Assembly: GCA_030526455.1 (NCBI GenBank)
Contig: JAUNCU010000001.1
Coordinates: forward strand, 1,402-42,581
DNA: 41,180 nucleotides
Origin: Bacteroidales bacterium
GTDB lineage: Bacteria > Bacteroidota > Bacteroidia > Bacteroidales > Muribaculaceae
Reading direction: 5' to 3'
Shown piece by piece: positions 26,358-34,649 of this stretch. The notes under the pieces are model-generated. The model was not told the DNA's origin, searched no databases, and worked only from the letters and a program-made list of their open reading frames with translations. Within the stretch, counting starts at the first letter, position 1. The number at the start of each line of letters is the position of its first letter. The position numbers and the translations under genes are program-made.

Positions 26358-26468
26358 TGCTTTTGGCGTTTTTCAATTTGTGAAAATAAATATGTGTGTG
26401 GAGCCTATTCTCAGTTTTTCGGCTTGCTTTTGGGCGGCGGCGTTGCCGCTCTGTTCCCTATTGCGCTG

Positions 26469-26579
26469 CAAAGTTATATAGCCACTACGCAGTCTATTTG
26501 CGTAGTTGGAAGAATTTTTCAGTATTAACTTATTTTAACTATCACGCAAGCGCATTGCGCAGGAAGATTGCTATCTTTG
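26469..26579. promoter_or_regulatory. Divergent rtcB/WYL promoters, each with an ACGCA-N7-TGCG operator-like site
   Basis: -7 boxes at 26469-26476 (-) and 26572-26579 (+); actacgca-N7-tgcgtagt (26484-26506) and acgca-N7-tgcgc (26544-26560). Confidence 0.65.
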
Positions 26580-26621
26580 TGGCGCTAATAATCAGTAAGT
26601 TGTAATAACATCACAGCCATT

Positions 26622-27638
26622 ATGCCAGCCAATAAAAATGCACTCATTCGTTACAAGACCATCGACGCCTGCCTGCGCAATCGGCAGCGCTGTTACACCC
26701 TCGCCGACCTCGTCGATGCCTGCAGCATTGCCGTCTTTGGAAAGGAGGACAAGGTGAAGGAACGCACCGTTCAGGGCGATATCCAGATGATGCGCTCCGA
26801 CCGATTGGGCTACAACGCCCCCATCGAGGTATACAACAAAAAGTATTACCGCTATAGCGAAGATGATTACTCCATCGCTAAAAGCCCGCTCTCGCAAAAC
26901 GACTATAAGGTGATGCAGGAAGCCGTGGACATGCTGTGCCAATTGGCCGACTTCGAGCAGTTCTCGGAAATGACCGATGTGGTGCGCCGCCTGCAGGACA
27001 AACTCGCCATCAGCAAGGATGCTCGCAAGCCCGTGATACACTTCGACAGCGTGCCCGACCTCAAAGGCCTCCATCTGCTCACGCCGCTCTACAACCACAT
27101 CGCGCAGCGCCAAACGGTGCGGCTCTCCTACCAGTCGTTCAAAGCCCGCCAGGCGTCGGAGTTCGTCTTCTTCCCCTACATGCTCAAGGAGTTCCGCAAC
27201 CGATGGTTCGTGTTTGGCTGCAAGCGTGGCGATCCCAAAATCTACAACCTCGCCCTCGACCGCATCGTGAGCGTTGAGCCACACGACGCCCCCTTCCGCG
27301 AAAACCCGGAGTTTGACCCCGAGCACTTCTTCGACGACGTGATAGGCGTGACCAAAAACCTGGGCGACAAGCCGAGCAGGGTCACCTTCTGGGCCGACGA
27401 CAACCAGAGTAAATACATCAAAACCAAGCCCCTGCACCCATCGCAGCGCCTCGTGAAGGAGAACGACGACCGCAGTTGCGTGTTTGAAATCAACGTCTGC
27501 ATCAACCTCGAAATGTATTCCGTGTTCATGAGTTACGGCCCCGGCGTAAAAGTCCTCTCCCCACCCAACGCCGCCGCCCACATGAAAAAAATCCTAACCC
27601 AAGCCACCACCCAATACACAGAAGGAGAGGCGGAATAA
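26622..27638 (+). CDS. wHTH-WYL-WCX transcriptional regulator
   Basis: NKNALIRYKTIDACL, RTVQGDIQMMR HTH; YQSF, PYMLKEFRNRWFV, LALDRI WYL; KPLHPSQ, YGPGVKVLSP WCX. Confidence 0.93.
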   Translation: MPANKNALIRYKTIDACLRNRQRCYTLADLVDACSIAVFGKEDKVKERTVQGDIQMMRSDRLGYNAPIEVYNKKYYRYSEDDYSIAKSPLSQNDYKVMQEAVDMLCQLADFEQFSEMTDVVRRLQDKLAISKDARKPVIHFDSVPDLKGLHLLTPLYNHIAQRQTVRLSYQSFKARQASEFVFFPYMLKEFRNRWFVFGCKRGDPKIYNLALDRIVSVEPHDAPFRENPEFDPEHFFDDVIGVTKNLGDKPSRVTFWADDNQSKYIKTKPLHPSQRLVKENDDRSCVFEINVCINLEMYSVFMSYGPGVKVLSPPNAAAHMKKILTQATTQYTEGEAE

Positions 27639-27682
27639 ACGAAAAATAGGGTAGGGGGCTATCAAAACGAAAAACAAGGTAC

Positions 27683-27914
27683 AGCCTATCCGAAAACTTA
27701 AAAAATACTGCTAGTATATAACAACAAACGCTAGGCGACCACCCTCCCGCTAGGCGTCCACCCTCCGCCGTCGGAGATGGCTTATTATGGTTAACTCCAT
27801 GCAAGCGAGCGAATTGCGCAGCAATTCGCGAGCGCGGCTTGGAGTTAAGGACTAGTAAATGAAAGAGCCTCGGAGAGGGTCGGTTATGGTAGCAACCAGA
27901 GTTTTCGGACTGCT
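27683..27914 (-). mobile_element. MITE/REP-like element, copy 3 (inverted)
   Basis: Ends agcctatccgaaaactt (27683-27699) / agagttttcggactgct (27898-27914); core is the reverse complement of copies 1 and 2. Confidence 0.75.
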
Positions 27915-27977
27915 TCGATAGGGGGATCAAAACGATGTATCGCCCCCCCTACTATATTCTGCTCCCCTCGCTGGACG

Positions 27978-28856
27978 CTATGTGTTTTTCTTGCAGGCTC
28001 CGCATTGGCTGCAGCCGTTGCAGGTCATGCGGTTGCCGCAGCAGTTGCATTGCTCCTCGAAGTAGGGCTCGTGCTGGGGGACTTCGGTGCCGAAGAGTGT
28101 GCCTTCGGGCATTCGCAGGTGGCGGGGCTTCAGTTTGCCCTGGAAACTCAACCCCGACCGGAATGCCTGCTGACTCTGGGTGCGCTTGTCGGGGATGCGG
28201 TAGGTTTTGCCGTCTTTCACAAATGTGGTGCCGGTTTCGATAAAGTTGAAGGTCACCTGGTGCTGGCGGCACTGGTGGCTCAGTTGCTTCACCCACTCGT
28301 AGTGGCAGGGGCGTGCGCCGTCGTAGTTCTCGCCACCGCACAGCACTTCCTCTATCAAGCCCGTGGCCAGATACTGCTCGGCATCGACGGGGCCGATGCA
28401 GGGGGCGGCCATGAATCCGCGATGCTTAGCCGGTGTGCTGAGCAGAAAGGGGAGGCGTTCGTCGGCGCGGCGCTGATTCTCGGTGGTCACGTTGAGCATC
28501 ACATTGTCGTAACCCTCGCCCCAGTCGGCAGGGAGGCAGGTGGCCAAGCGCTGTGGGCGCTTGGTGAGCAGGCGGAAAAACACGTCGGGGCGCTGGCGAA
28601 TGATGCTCCACGCCTCATCGCGCCACGCGTCGGCCTCCTCCACAAAGAAATCGGTGGAAAGGCCCACGTAGAGCGTTGAGCCCGAGGGAATCTTGAAACT
28701 GCCGTCGCGACGCTTCTGCAGGGGCAGGTTGAAGCCCTCCGTGCGAAATACGCGCGAAGTGTCGATGCCGCGTCGGCTATCGAGGAAATACATGTAGCAA
28801 TGCTGGCAGCCTTCGCTCACTTTGTGGCAGCCGTGCCAAGGGTTCCAAATGATCAT
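27978..28856 (-). CDS. DUF5131 (phage Gp37/Gp68-like, radical-SAM-like) protein
   Basis: WNPWHGCHKVSEGCQHCY, STDFF, LLTKRP, NVTTENQ, GGEN; Cys-rich C-terminal tail. Confidence 0.88.
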   Translation of the reverse strand: MIIWNPWHGCHKVSEGCQHCYMYFLDSRRGIDTSRVFRTEGFNLPLQKRRDGSFKIPSGSTLYVGLSTDFFVEEADAWRDEAWSIIRQRPDVFFRLLTKRPQRLATCLPADWGEGYDNVMLNVTTENQRRADERLPFLLSTPAKHRGFMAAPCIGPVDAEQYLATGLIEEVLCGGENYDGARPCHYEWVKQLSHQCRQHQVTFNFIETGTTFVKDGKTYRIPDKRTQSQQAFRSGLSFQGKLKPRHLRMPEGTLFGTEVPQHEPYFEEQCNCCGNRMTCNGCSQCGACKKNT

Positions 28857-28874
28857 TTTACTGCTTGCGAGGTG

Positions 28875-29330
28875 TTATTTTATCTCTTCCTCATACATGA
28901 GGTAGTGGCTTTCGTGCATGCCCAATTTCTGATAAGTGTTCTGTGCGCGCTCGTTGGTTTTGTCCACGTAGAGGCGGAGTTGGCTCACGCCGGCTTGGCG
29001 GGCTGCTTGGCGCACGGCTTGGTAGAGGGCTGAGAACACGCCACGGCGGCGGTACTCGGGCCTTACGTACACGCTCTGTATCCACCAGTACCAGCCGTTG
29101 TTCCAGTCGCTCCATTCCATCGTGAGCATGAGGCTGCCGATGCAAGCGCCATCGGCCATGGCCACGAAGTATTTGCCTTTTTTCTCATCTTCCACCACAG
29201 CGCGCACGCCTTCGAGCACTGTGGCCTTGTGGAGCACGGTGCCTTCCGATTCGGCGGCCATGTCGACCTGAAATTGGGCGATAGCCTCCACCTCGGCTGC
29301 TTCGCCCACCTTGATAGCGAATCCTTCCAT
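28875..29330 (-). CDS. GNAT acetyltransferase
   Basis: EWSDW, WIQSVYVRPEYRRRGVF, LRLYVDKTNERAQNTYQKLGM. Confidence 0.9.
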   Translation of the reverse strand: MEGFAIKVGEAAEVEAIAQFQVDMAAESEGTVLHKATVLEGVRAVVEDEKKGKYFVAMADGACIGSLMLTMEWSDWNNGWYWWIQSVYVRPEYRRRGVFSALYQAVRQAARQAGVSQLRLYVDKTNERAQNTYQKLGMHESHYLMYEEEIK

Positions 29331-29335
29331 GCGTC

Positions 29336-29899
29336 TTACTTCAGTGCTTTGCCGTCGGAAAATGCCTGGCCCACTTTCTGGCCCAGCGCGATGTAACTGT
29401 GATGAACGGGGTCGAAGACGATGAGATGCATCTTCTCGATGTCGGGATTTCCATCTTCTGCCAAATAGTTCTCGTCAACGAGGATGTTGACAATTTCGGC
29501 CACGATGTAGTAGCCCTCGGCCGACTCGTCGATTTTCTCTTTGATGCGGCATTCCAGCGTCATGGGGAAGTCGGTGAATACCGGTGCGTTCACCTTCTCG
29601 GCACGCTGGGTGCTCCAGCCGGTTTTCTCCATCTTGGCGGGGTCGTTCTTAGCCGACACGATGCCCACAAAGTCGGAAGCCACCATGGTGCTCTCTGTGG
29701 CGAAGGCCGCTGTGAACTCGCCGCTGCGGTTCAGGTTGAGGGTGGTGGCATGGGCGCCCATCGAGATCACGATTTCCTTCATGTCCCACTGTCCGCCCCA
29801 GGCCGCGTTCATCGCGTTGGGCGTGCCGTCGTCGTTATATGTTCCTATAATCAGCACGGGCTGTGGCGCAACCCATGGCTTTGGTGCAAATGATTTCAT
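29336..29899 (-). CDS. Flavin reductase family protein
   Basis: PQPVLIIGTY..DGTPNAMNAAWGG, NAPVFTDFPMTLEC. Confidence 0.88.
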   Translation of the reverse strand: MKSFAPKPWVAPQPVLIIGTYNDDGTPNAMNAAWGGQWDMKEIVISMGAHATTLNLNRSGEFTAAFATESTMVASDFVGIVSAKNDPAKMEKTGWSTQRAEKVNAPVFTDFPMTLECRIKEKIDESAEGYYIVAEIVNILVDENYLAEDGNPDIEKMHLIVFDPVHHSYIALGQKVGQAFSDGKALK

Positions 29900-29932
29900 A
29901 TTGTTGTGTGATATTAAGTTGATTAAAAATAG

Positions 29933-30448
29933 TTATTCCATTCGGCCGTATTTCATCTCTTCGCCGTCGCTGTCGTATTGCTTTCGCTTGCCCACGGGAG
30001 GCTCCGTAAGGGTGATGCGCACCACAGCCGTTCGGCCGAGCGAACGCGCGATGCTGGCGTCGAAGGCGTGCATATGATTAGGGAGAAACCGCTCGCAAAT
30101 CAGTCGCAAACCGTGAATCTTCTCCTCGTCGTCGGTCACAATTTCGGCCTTGCCAAAGGCTATGGCACTCTTGTACTGAAGGGTGAAAGTACCGTCTTTC
30201 GGCCCCACGGTGGGCGTGCACCTGGTCACGGCCGAAAGGCACACCCTGGGGTGGGCGGCAATGGCGTTGAGTTTCTTCCCCTCCAGCGCGCCGTGGAAGT
30301 ACCAGTGCACACCATCGGCCGAAGCCAGCGACAGCGGCAAGCCATAGGCCTCGCCATCGGCATCCACAAAACTCACCGTCACGTAAGGCGCCCGCCGCAT
30401 CACATCCACGGCCCACTCGCTATCCATCGCTCTAGAGTCTCTTCTCAT
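29933..30448 (-). CDS. Pyridoxamine 5'-phosphate oxidase family (NimA-like) protein
   Basis: MRRDSR, YGLPLS, YFHGALEGKK, YKSAIAFG, GKRK. Confidence 0.85.
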   Translation of the reverse strand: MRRDSRAMDSEWAVDVMRRAPYVTVSFVDADGEAYGLPLSLASADGVHWYFHGALEGKKLNAIAAHPRVCLSAVTRCTPTVGPKDGTFTLQYKSAIAFGKAEIVTDDEEKIHGLRLICERFLPNHMHAFDASIARSLGRTAVVRITLTEPPVGKRKQYDSDGEEMKYGRME

Positions 30449-30523
30449 GTATTTTTCAGAATTTTATTACGTTGTAAATCAGTAGGAAAAGCCACCCACA
30501 CCAGCAGCGCCTTTTAATAGAGG

Positions 30524-31471
30524 CTATTTCGTGAATTGTTCTTTCAACTTTTCCAGTTTTGTCACTACCAGTTCGATATAAGCATCCTTCATATCATCGC
30601 TTAAGAACGAATCGTGAATCAGTTGCTTCCATGCGGGAAGGGCCTTGTTCATGTTCTCTATGAGTTGCATGGTGACTCGCGGGTCAATTCCCATGGTTTC
30701 CGATGCTTTGACAAAATCCACCAACCTGAACCTCGCCTTCTTCTCATTGATAGGGAGTGCCATTTCCTCTTTGTCTTTAGGGTTGGCAATAGATACGTTC
30801 AACAGGTCGTAAGCAGGGGTGAGTTGGTAAAACTTATTTGGCCGGTAGAGGGAGAAATTTTTCAGATGCATGTCGTTGTTGCCCGTAACGAACGAGAATA
30901 GCAGAATCTGCATAAAATTGACGAGGTCCAGTTTCGGAGTTGAACTGTAGACCGCAATTGTTTTGGCAATCTGCTCACACGAACTCTTATACTTATACTC
31001 TGTGGGGTGGAGTGTGAGTTGGCACATGTCCTCCATGTCAATCTTCTCACCCTTGGTGGTGCGATCGATACGGCGGGTGATATAGCCTAGACTCCCGTCG
31101 GCAAGACGTATTAGCGAATGCGGCACCACCTTGATGCGCGCAGCCTCTGCCATGTGCATGGTGAGATCTTCATTCTCGGGCAACTGGGGGTAAGCATCAG
31201 TCTGAGGTTTGAAAATGAAATCGCCCCAGAGTCCCACAATGGTGAGTCGGTTACATCCCTCATGCTTATGCAGGTTGAGCGAGAGTTTTGGCTGAACACC
31301 TGTAAGGGATGTTTGCGATTGTATCACCTGCGCAGCCAACTCATCCAGTTCCTCGCGGCGATACTCCAGCGATGGTGCGCTATGAGTGCCGAAGAATTTG
31401 CGGGCGCATTTGGGATGAAAGTCGTGCATGCCTTCATCTAATTCCTGGTAGCAATATAGACACTTGTTCAT
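30524..31471 (-). CDS. hipA: HipA-family kinase toxin (HipT-like)
   Basis: SLTGVQPKLSL Gly loop, FKPQ, NEDLTM, RIDR, GNNDMHLKNFS, TPAYDL; N-terminal CLYC..H..C. Confidence 0.92.
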   Translation of the reverse strand: MNKCLYCYQELDEGMHDFHPKCARKFFGTHSAPSLEYRREELDELAAQVIQSQTSLTGVQPKLSLNLHKHEGCNRLTIVGLWGDFIFKPQTDAYPQLPENEDLTMHMAEAARIKVVPHSLIRLADGSLGYITRRIDRTTKGEKIDMEDMCQLTLHPTEYKYKSSCEQIAKTIAVYSSTPKLDLVNFMQILLFSFVTGNNDMHLKNFSLYRPNKFYQLTPAYDLLNVSIANPKDKEEMALPINEKKARFRLVDFVKASETMGIDPRVTMQLIENMNKALPAWKQLIHDSFLSDDMKDAYIELVVTKLEKLKEQFTK

Positions 31472-31473
31472 AT

Positions 31474-31797
31474 CTATTGATTATTTACAGGTGTAACACT
31501 CACGCTGCCGATACATTCTTTGCAACAAAGCAGCAGCAACGACATTCGGTCGAGTATGCTGATGTCGGTGTTTCGCAGCGCCACGTCGAGCAGCCATCCT
31601 TCGGGAATTAACCCATCGAAAAAAGGGAACAGCACAGGGCTAGTAAAGGCCTCTTCCTGCAAAGGCAGCGTCAGGCTAATCGCAACGGCCGAGGGTGCTG
31701 CAAGGTAATCTTTGTCGTAACGAAAGGTGTATTCACCTCCGTCCTCAGTCAGCAATCCTGCCAACATCTCCTTTCTGTAGATTCGGGCTTGTCGCAT
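31474..31797 (-). CDS. HipA N-terminal-domain protein (HipS-like)
   Basis: YTFRYD..Y, ISLTLP, FPFFDGLIPEGW, CIGSVSV; ATG at 31797. Confidence 0.88.
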   Translation of the reverse strand: MRQARIYRKEMLAGLLTEDGGEYTFRYDKDYLAAPSAVAISLTLPLQEEAFTSPVLFPFFDGLIPEGWLLDVALRNTDISILDRMSLLLLCCKECIGSVSVTPVNNQ

Positions 31798-31802
31798 GAT
31801 GG

Positions 31803-32006
31803 TCAATATTTAGGTGTAGCGGTGAGGGTGTAGTTAAATAAGTCGAGCAGTTGGTTCACCTTGTCCATCCGCAGCGTAGGCTTGCCCTGCTCAAGTTGGC
31901 GCACGAAGTTGAGCCCTACGCCCGACTTCATGGCAAGTTCCACCTGAGTCAGTCCGTACTCCTTGCGAAGTTGCTTCACCGTGAGCGACAGTGTAGTTTT
32001 TTCCAT
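31803..32006 (-). CDS. HipB-like XRE HTH (y4mF family)
   Basis: LRKEYGLTQVELAMKSGVGLNFVRQLEQGKPTLRMDKVNQLL. Confidence 0.9.
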   Translation of the reverse strand: MEKTTLSLTVKQLRKEYGLTQVELAMKSGVGLNFVRQLEQGKPTLRMDKVNQLLDLFNYTLTATPKY

Positions 32007-32023
32007 AAGCAGTGTATCTTAAA

Positions 32024-32125
32024 TTATATCCTTTCTGATGCAAAAGTAGTGATTTTTTTTCAATTTACATCATTTCGGATATAAAATAGGGAGGTTTATT
32101 CTGTATTACATCAGAACGGATATAA
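32024..32125 (-). promoter_or_regulatory. hipBST promoter (-7 at 32041-32048) with three operator-like repeats
   Basis: T(A/G)CATCA-N4-GGATATAA at 32024-32042 (inverted), 32066-32084 and 32107-32125. Confidence 0.7.
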
Positions 32126-32135
32126 TTCTGCCGCT

Positions 32136-32441
32136 TCAATCCTTCCTCTTGTATTCGCTTTTCCGCTTCGGATTCATGGGGAACCAGCCTTTTTCCACCC
32201 TCTCCTTCTGCTCAAAGATTTCGAGGATGCTCCACAGGCACGAACAGCCCACCACACCCAGCACCGGGCTCAAAATGCTGTGGTCCACCAAGAGACTCGC
32301 CACGATAAAAGCCACGCCAGCGAGCGCAAACACCCACCAGCACTTCGTGCCAAAGTAATACTCACCCTTGATGACAATAGGGTGAAAAACGCCAATCACC
32401 AGGAAAGTGATCACGGCTATAATCAGTCCAGAGTAATTCAT
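32136..32441 (-). CDS. DUF4491 membrane protein
   Basis: FLVIGVFHPIVIKGEYYFG, WSILEIFEQKERVEKGWFPMNPKRK. Confidence 0.9.
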   Translation of the reverse strand: MNYSGLIIAVITFLVIGVFHPIVIKGEYYFGTKCWWVFALAGVAFIVASLLVDHSILSPVLGVVGCSCLWSILEIFEQKERVEKGWFPMNPKRKSEYKRKD

Positions 32442-32448
32442 ATCGTCT

Positions 32449-32676
32449 TTAAATCATTATCAACGTTCCAGCCAAAATCAGCAGGCAGCCCACAAGAGTC
32501 TTCCAAGTGAATGCTTCACCCAGGAAGATGACGGCAAACAGAATGGTCAGCACCAGACTGCACTTGTCGACAGGCACCACTTTGCTCACTTCGCCCACCT
32601 TAATGGCGTAGAAGTAGCAAAGCCACGAAGCGCCCGTAGCCAGTCCAGCCCCAAGAACCCTTATCAGTTTCCATAT
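32449..32676 (-). pseudogene. Truncated EamA/DMT transporter
   Basis: Frame reads IWKLIRVLGAGLATGASWLCYFYAIKVGEVSKVVPVDKCSLVLTILFAVIFLGE..LIMI*; no ATG at its start, in-frame stop just upstream, only ~75 codons. Confidence 0.75.
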
Positions 32677-32752
32677 TTTTCAAATCCATTAAAAGAACAA
32701 GAAAAACATCACACAAAAATACAACATTCCCCCGAAATCCCAAAAGCCGGAA

Positions 32753-33520
32753 TCAAGCATCGAAAGTTTTCTTTAATTTTTCGATAAGCAATTCTGCGGT
32801 TAAGCCCATTAGTCCTGCGTTTTTGAAGAACTCAGCATTGGGCATTGGGCCAATTTTGTTGCAGAATTGTTCGATGTCTATCCTTAGTCGGTTCGGAGTT
32901 GGAAATGTCTCGTCTTCAGGTAGCATGGCAATCAAGCGAAACACGTCTTTCTTGTGCTTCTCAATATCTCGACTGTCGACGCTTTCTCCAGCATCTCGTC
33001 GCTCCAGCATATCGATGTAGGCTTTGGCTTTTAGGCAAATGAGTGCCTCTGCACTGGCAATGTGGATATTCCCAAGATTCTTGCTGTGCTTGATTGTGAA
33101 TGCGTAATAGTCGCTGTCCATAAGAATGGCTGAGACGCTGGATAAGTCTTCGCCAAGGCTTATTGGTTCAATGCGTGCATCGGCGGGAAGGTTGAGGAGT
33201 CCAGCGTTGCGGGCAAAGAGTTCGATTTGCTTGGGAAAACTCTTGTCGTCGGGGTTCACGAATCTATAATACTCGTGCTTGTGTTCGCTTTCTCCTTTGC
33301 GTCGTCCTTTGTAATTGGCCTTCTTGATGAATTCCCACAACCTCGCTCCAAAATCGGGGGTGATCGCCTCTACAATCAACACCAGATCCAGGTCCTTGGT
33401 AGCCCTTGGATTCATGTCCAATTCTTCTTCAAGAAGATGGCACGCTGCACCTCCAATGAGCACGTATTTATCTTTGTAATCAGCAAAAAACTCTTGCCAG
33501 CGATCAAGCCCTGTTACCAT
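32753..33520 (-). CDS. Pol-beta-like nucleotidyltransferase (AbiEii-like)
   Basis: VLIGGAAC, RATKDLD, LKAKAY, KHKKDVFRL; overlaps the upstream gene stop. Confidence 0.75.
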   Translation of the reverse strand: MVTGLDRWQEFFADYKDKYVLIGGAACHLLEEELDMNPRATKDLDLVLIVEAITPDFGARLWEFIKKANYKGRRKGESEHKHEYYRFVNPDDKSFPKQIELFARNAGLLNLPADARIEPISLGEDLSSVSAILMDSDYYAFTIKHSKNLGNIHIASAEALICLKAKAYIDMLERRDAGESVDSRDIEKHKKDVFRLIAMLPEDETFPTPNRLRIDIEQFCNKIGPMPNAEFFKNAGLMGLTAELLIEKLKKTFDA

Positions 33521-34473
33521 TTTATTTCTTTTAATAACGTATCACATTCCATTTGCACTCTCTCGTCGGTGCTGTCTTTTAGACTAAGAAATAGCGACAG
33601 CCTATCCACCTTCCCATCTTCGGCCAGTAGAGCGGGGTTGTATTTCCAAATTTCCACCTTGATGTCGCCAGAGTGTTTGTCCAAGAGGCGCTCACACCCC
33701 TTTGCTGCTGGTTTGGAAATGGCCACGACGGGCATGGCAGGTTCTGCCAGCATTGTGAAAGCACCCAATGCGGTCTCGCCAGCGATAAGTCCCGTAGCCA
33801 TTTCGTCGGCATACCGTATTCTTTCAATTGGTGACGACATCAATGGGAAGGCCTTCTGCCATAAGGCTTCGCCTTCTGATACAAAGGTCAAAGTCTTTTG
33901 CTTGGTGCCTGATAGCGTGATGATGCCATTAGTCTCAAGCCATTTTATAGCCTTGATGATAGTCGTGTATGCCATTCCAGTCGTGTCGGTCAGTCGGTAG
34001 GCATCACAGCCGTTCAGGCAATCCCTCTGAAGGTGATACAGAACAAGCAGTTGGGCTACAGGCGGCATTTCCTCTTTCGTGACTTTGCGGGAGTTCGGTA
34101 GATTGCGCAGCAGCAGCATCATGCAGGGCGCATAGATGATTCTGCCGGGCACAATAAAGTTGACTCCAGCCTTTGTGAGGCGTTTCAGATTGTAGGACTC
34201 GACACTTGATAAAACAAACACATTGGGTAAAGTGGTTTTTTCTGCAATAATTCTTTGATGCTTTGCCAGTTGCGACGGAGTGCAGTTATCTGGATTATGT
34301 GCAAGAGAAAAAACGACAGTTCGCCCCTGTACGTTGATAGAGTAGAAACTGTATGCGTGCAAGAGAGCAAAAGGAATCCCCTTTGTCATATCCGCGGGTA
34401 AGATTCTTGCTTTTATGTCGACTGCAAGAAACTCTTCCAGAAATTCAGTGGCTTTTCTAATATTATATTCCAT
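33514..34473 (-). CDS. Winged-HTH protein (AbiEi/MarR-like partner of the nucleotidyltransferase)
   Basis: ATG at 34473 (MEYNIRK); GVNFIVPG, wHTH TGMAYTTIIKAIKWLETNGII, AGETAL..TMLAEP, EIWKYNP, VDRLSLFLSL..DERV. Confidence 0.72.
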   Translation of the reverse strand: MEYNIRKATEFLEEFLAVDIKARILPADMTKGIPFALLHAYSFYSINVQGRTVVFSLAHNPDNCTPSQLAKHQRIIAEKTTLPNVFVLSSVESYNLKRLTKAGVNFIVPGRIIYAPCMMLLLRNLPNSRKVTKEEMPPVAQLLVLYHLQRDCLNGCDAYRLTDTTGMAYTTIIKAIKWLETNGIITLSGTKQKTLTFVSEGEALWQKAFPLMSSPIERIRYADEMATGLIAGETALGAFTMLAEPAMPVVAISKPAAKGCERLLDKHSGDIKVEIWKYNPALLAEDGKVDRLSLFLSLKDSTDERVQMECDTLLKEIKW

Positions 34474-34477
34474 GTTG

Positions 34478-34513
34478 CATAATATATCATACAAGATATT
34501 ATGTGCAAAAATA
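34478..34513 (-). promoter_or_regulatory. -7 box (34506-34513) plus an inverted repeat between it and the start codon
   Basis: cataatat (34478-34485)-N10-atattatg (34496-34503). Confidence 0.5.
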
Positions 34514-34649
34514 CATGTAATAAACTGAACTAGCAAATATTTAGAATTCTTTTTATACTTATGAGTTGATTTTTTTATGGCATTCCCCCCAAAAACATCC
34601 ACCCAAATCAAGCAAATTTTTCCCAGAAAAACTCCCCGAGTATTTTTGC

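Noticed and set aside
26358-26465. Y-RNA or tRNA-like RNA in the rtcB leader
   Set aside because: Only a short GC hairpin (gcggcggcgttgccgc); no cloverleaf or T-loop and no TROVE/Ro gene
29933-30448. Calling the gene a nim metronidazole-resistance determinant
   Set aside because: Only family-level similarity; function cannot be assigned from motifs
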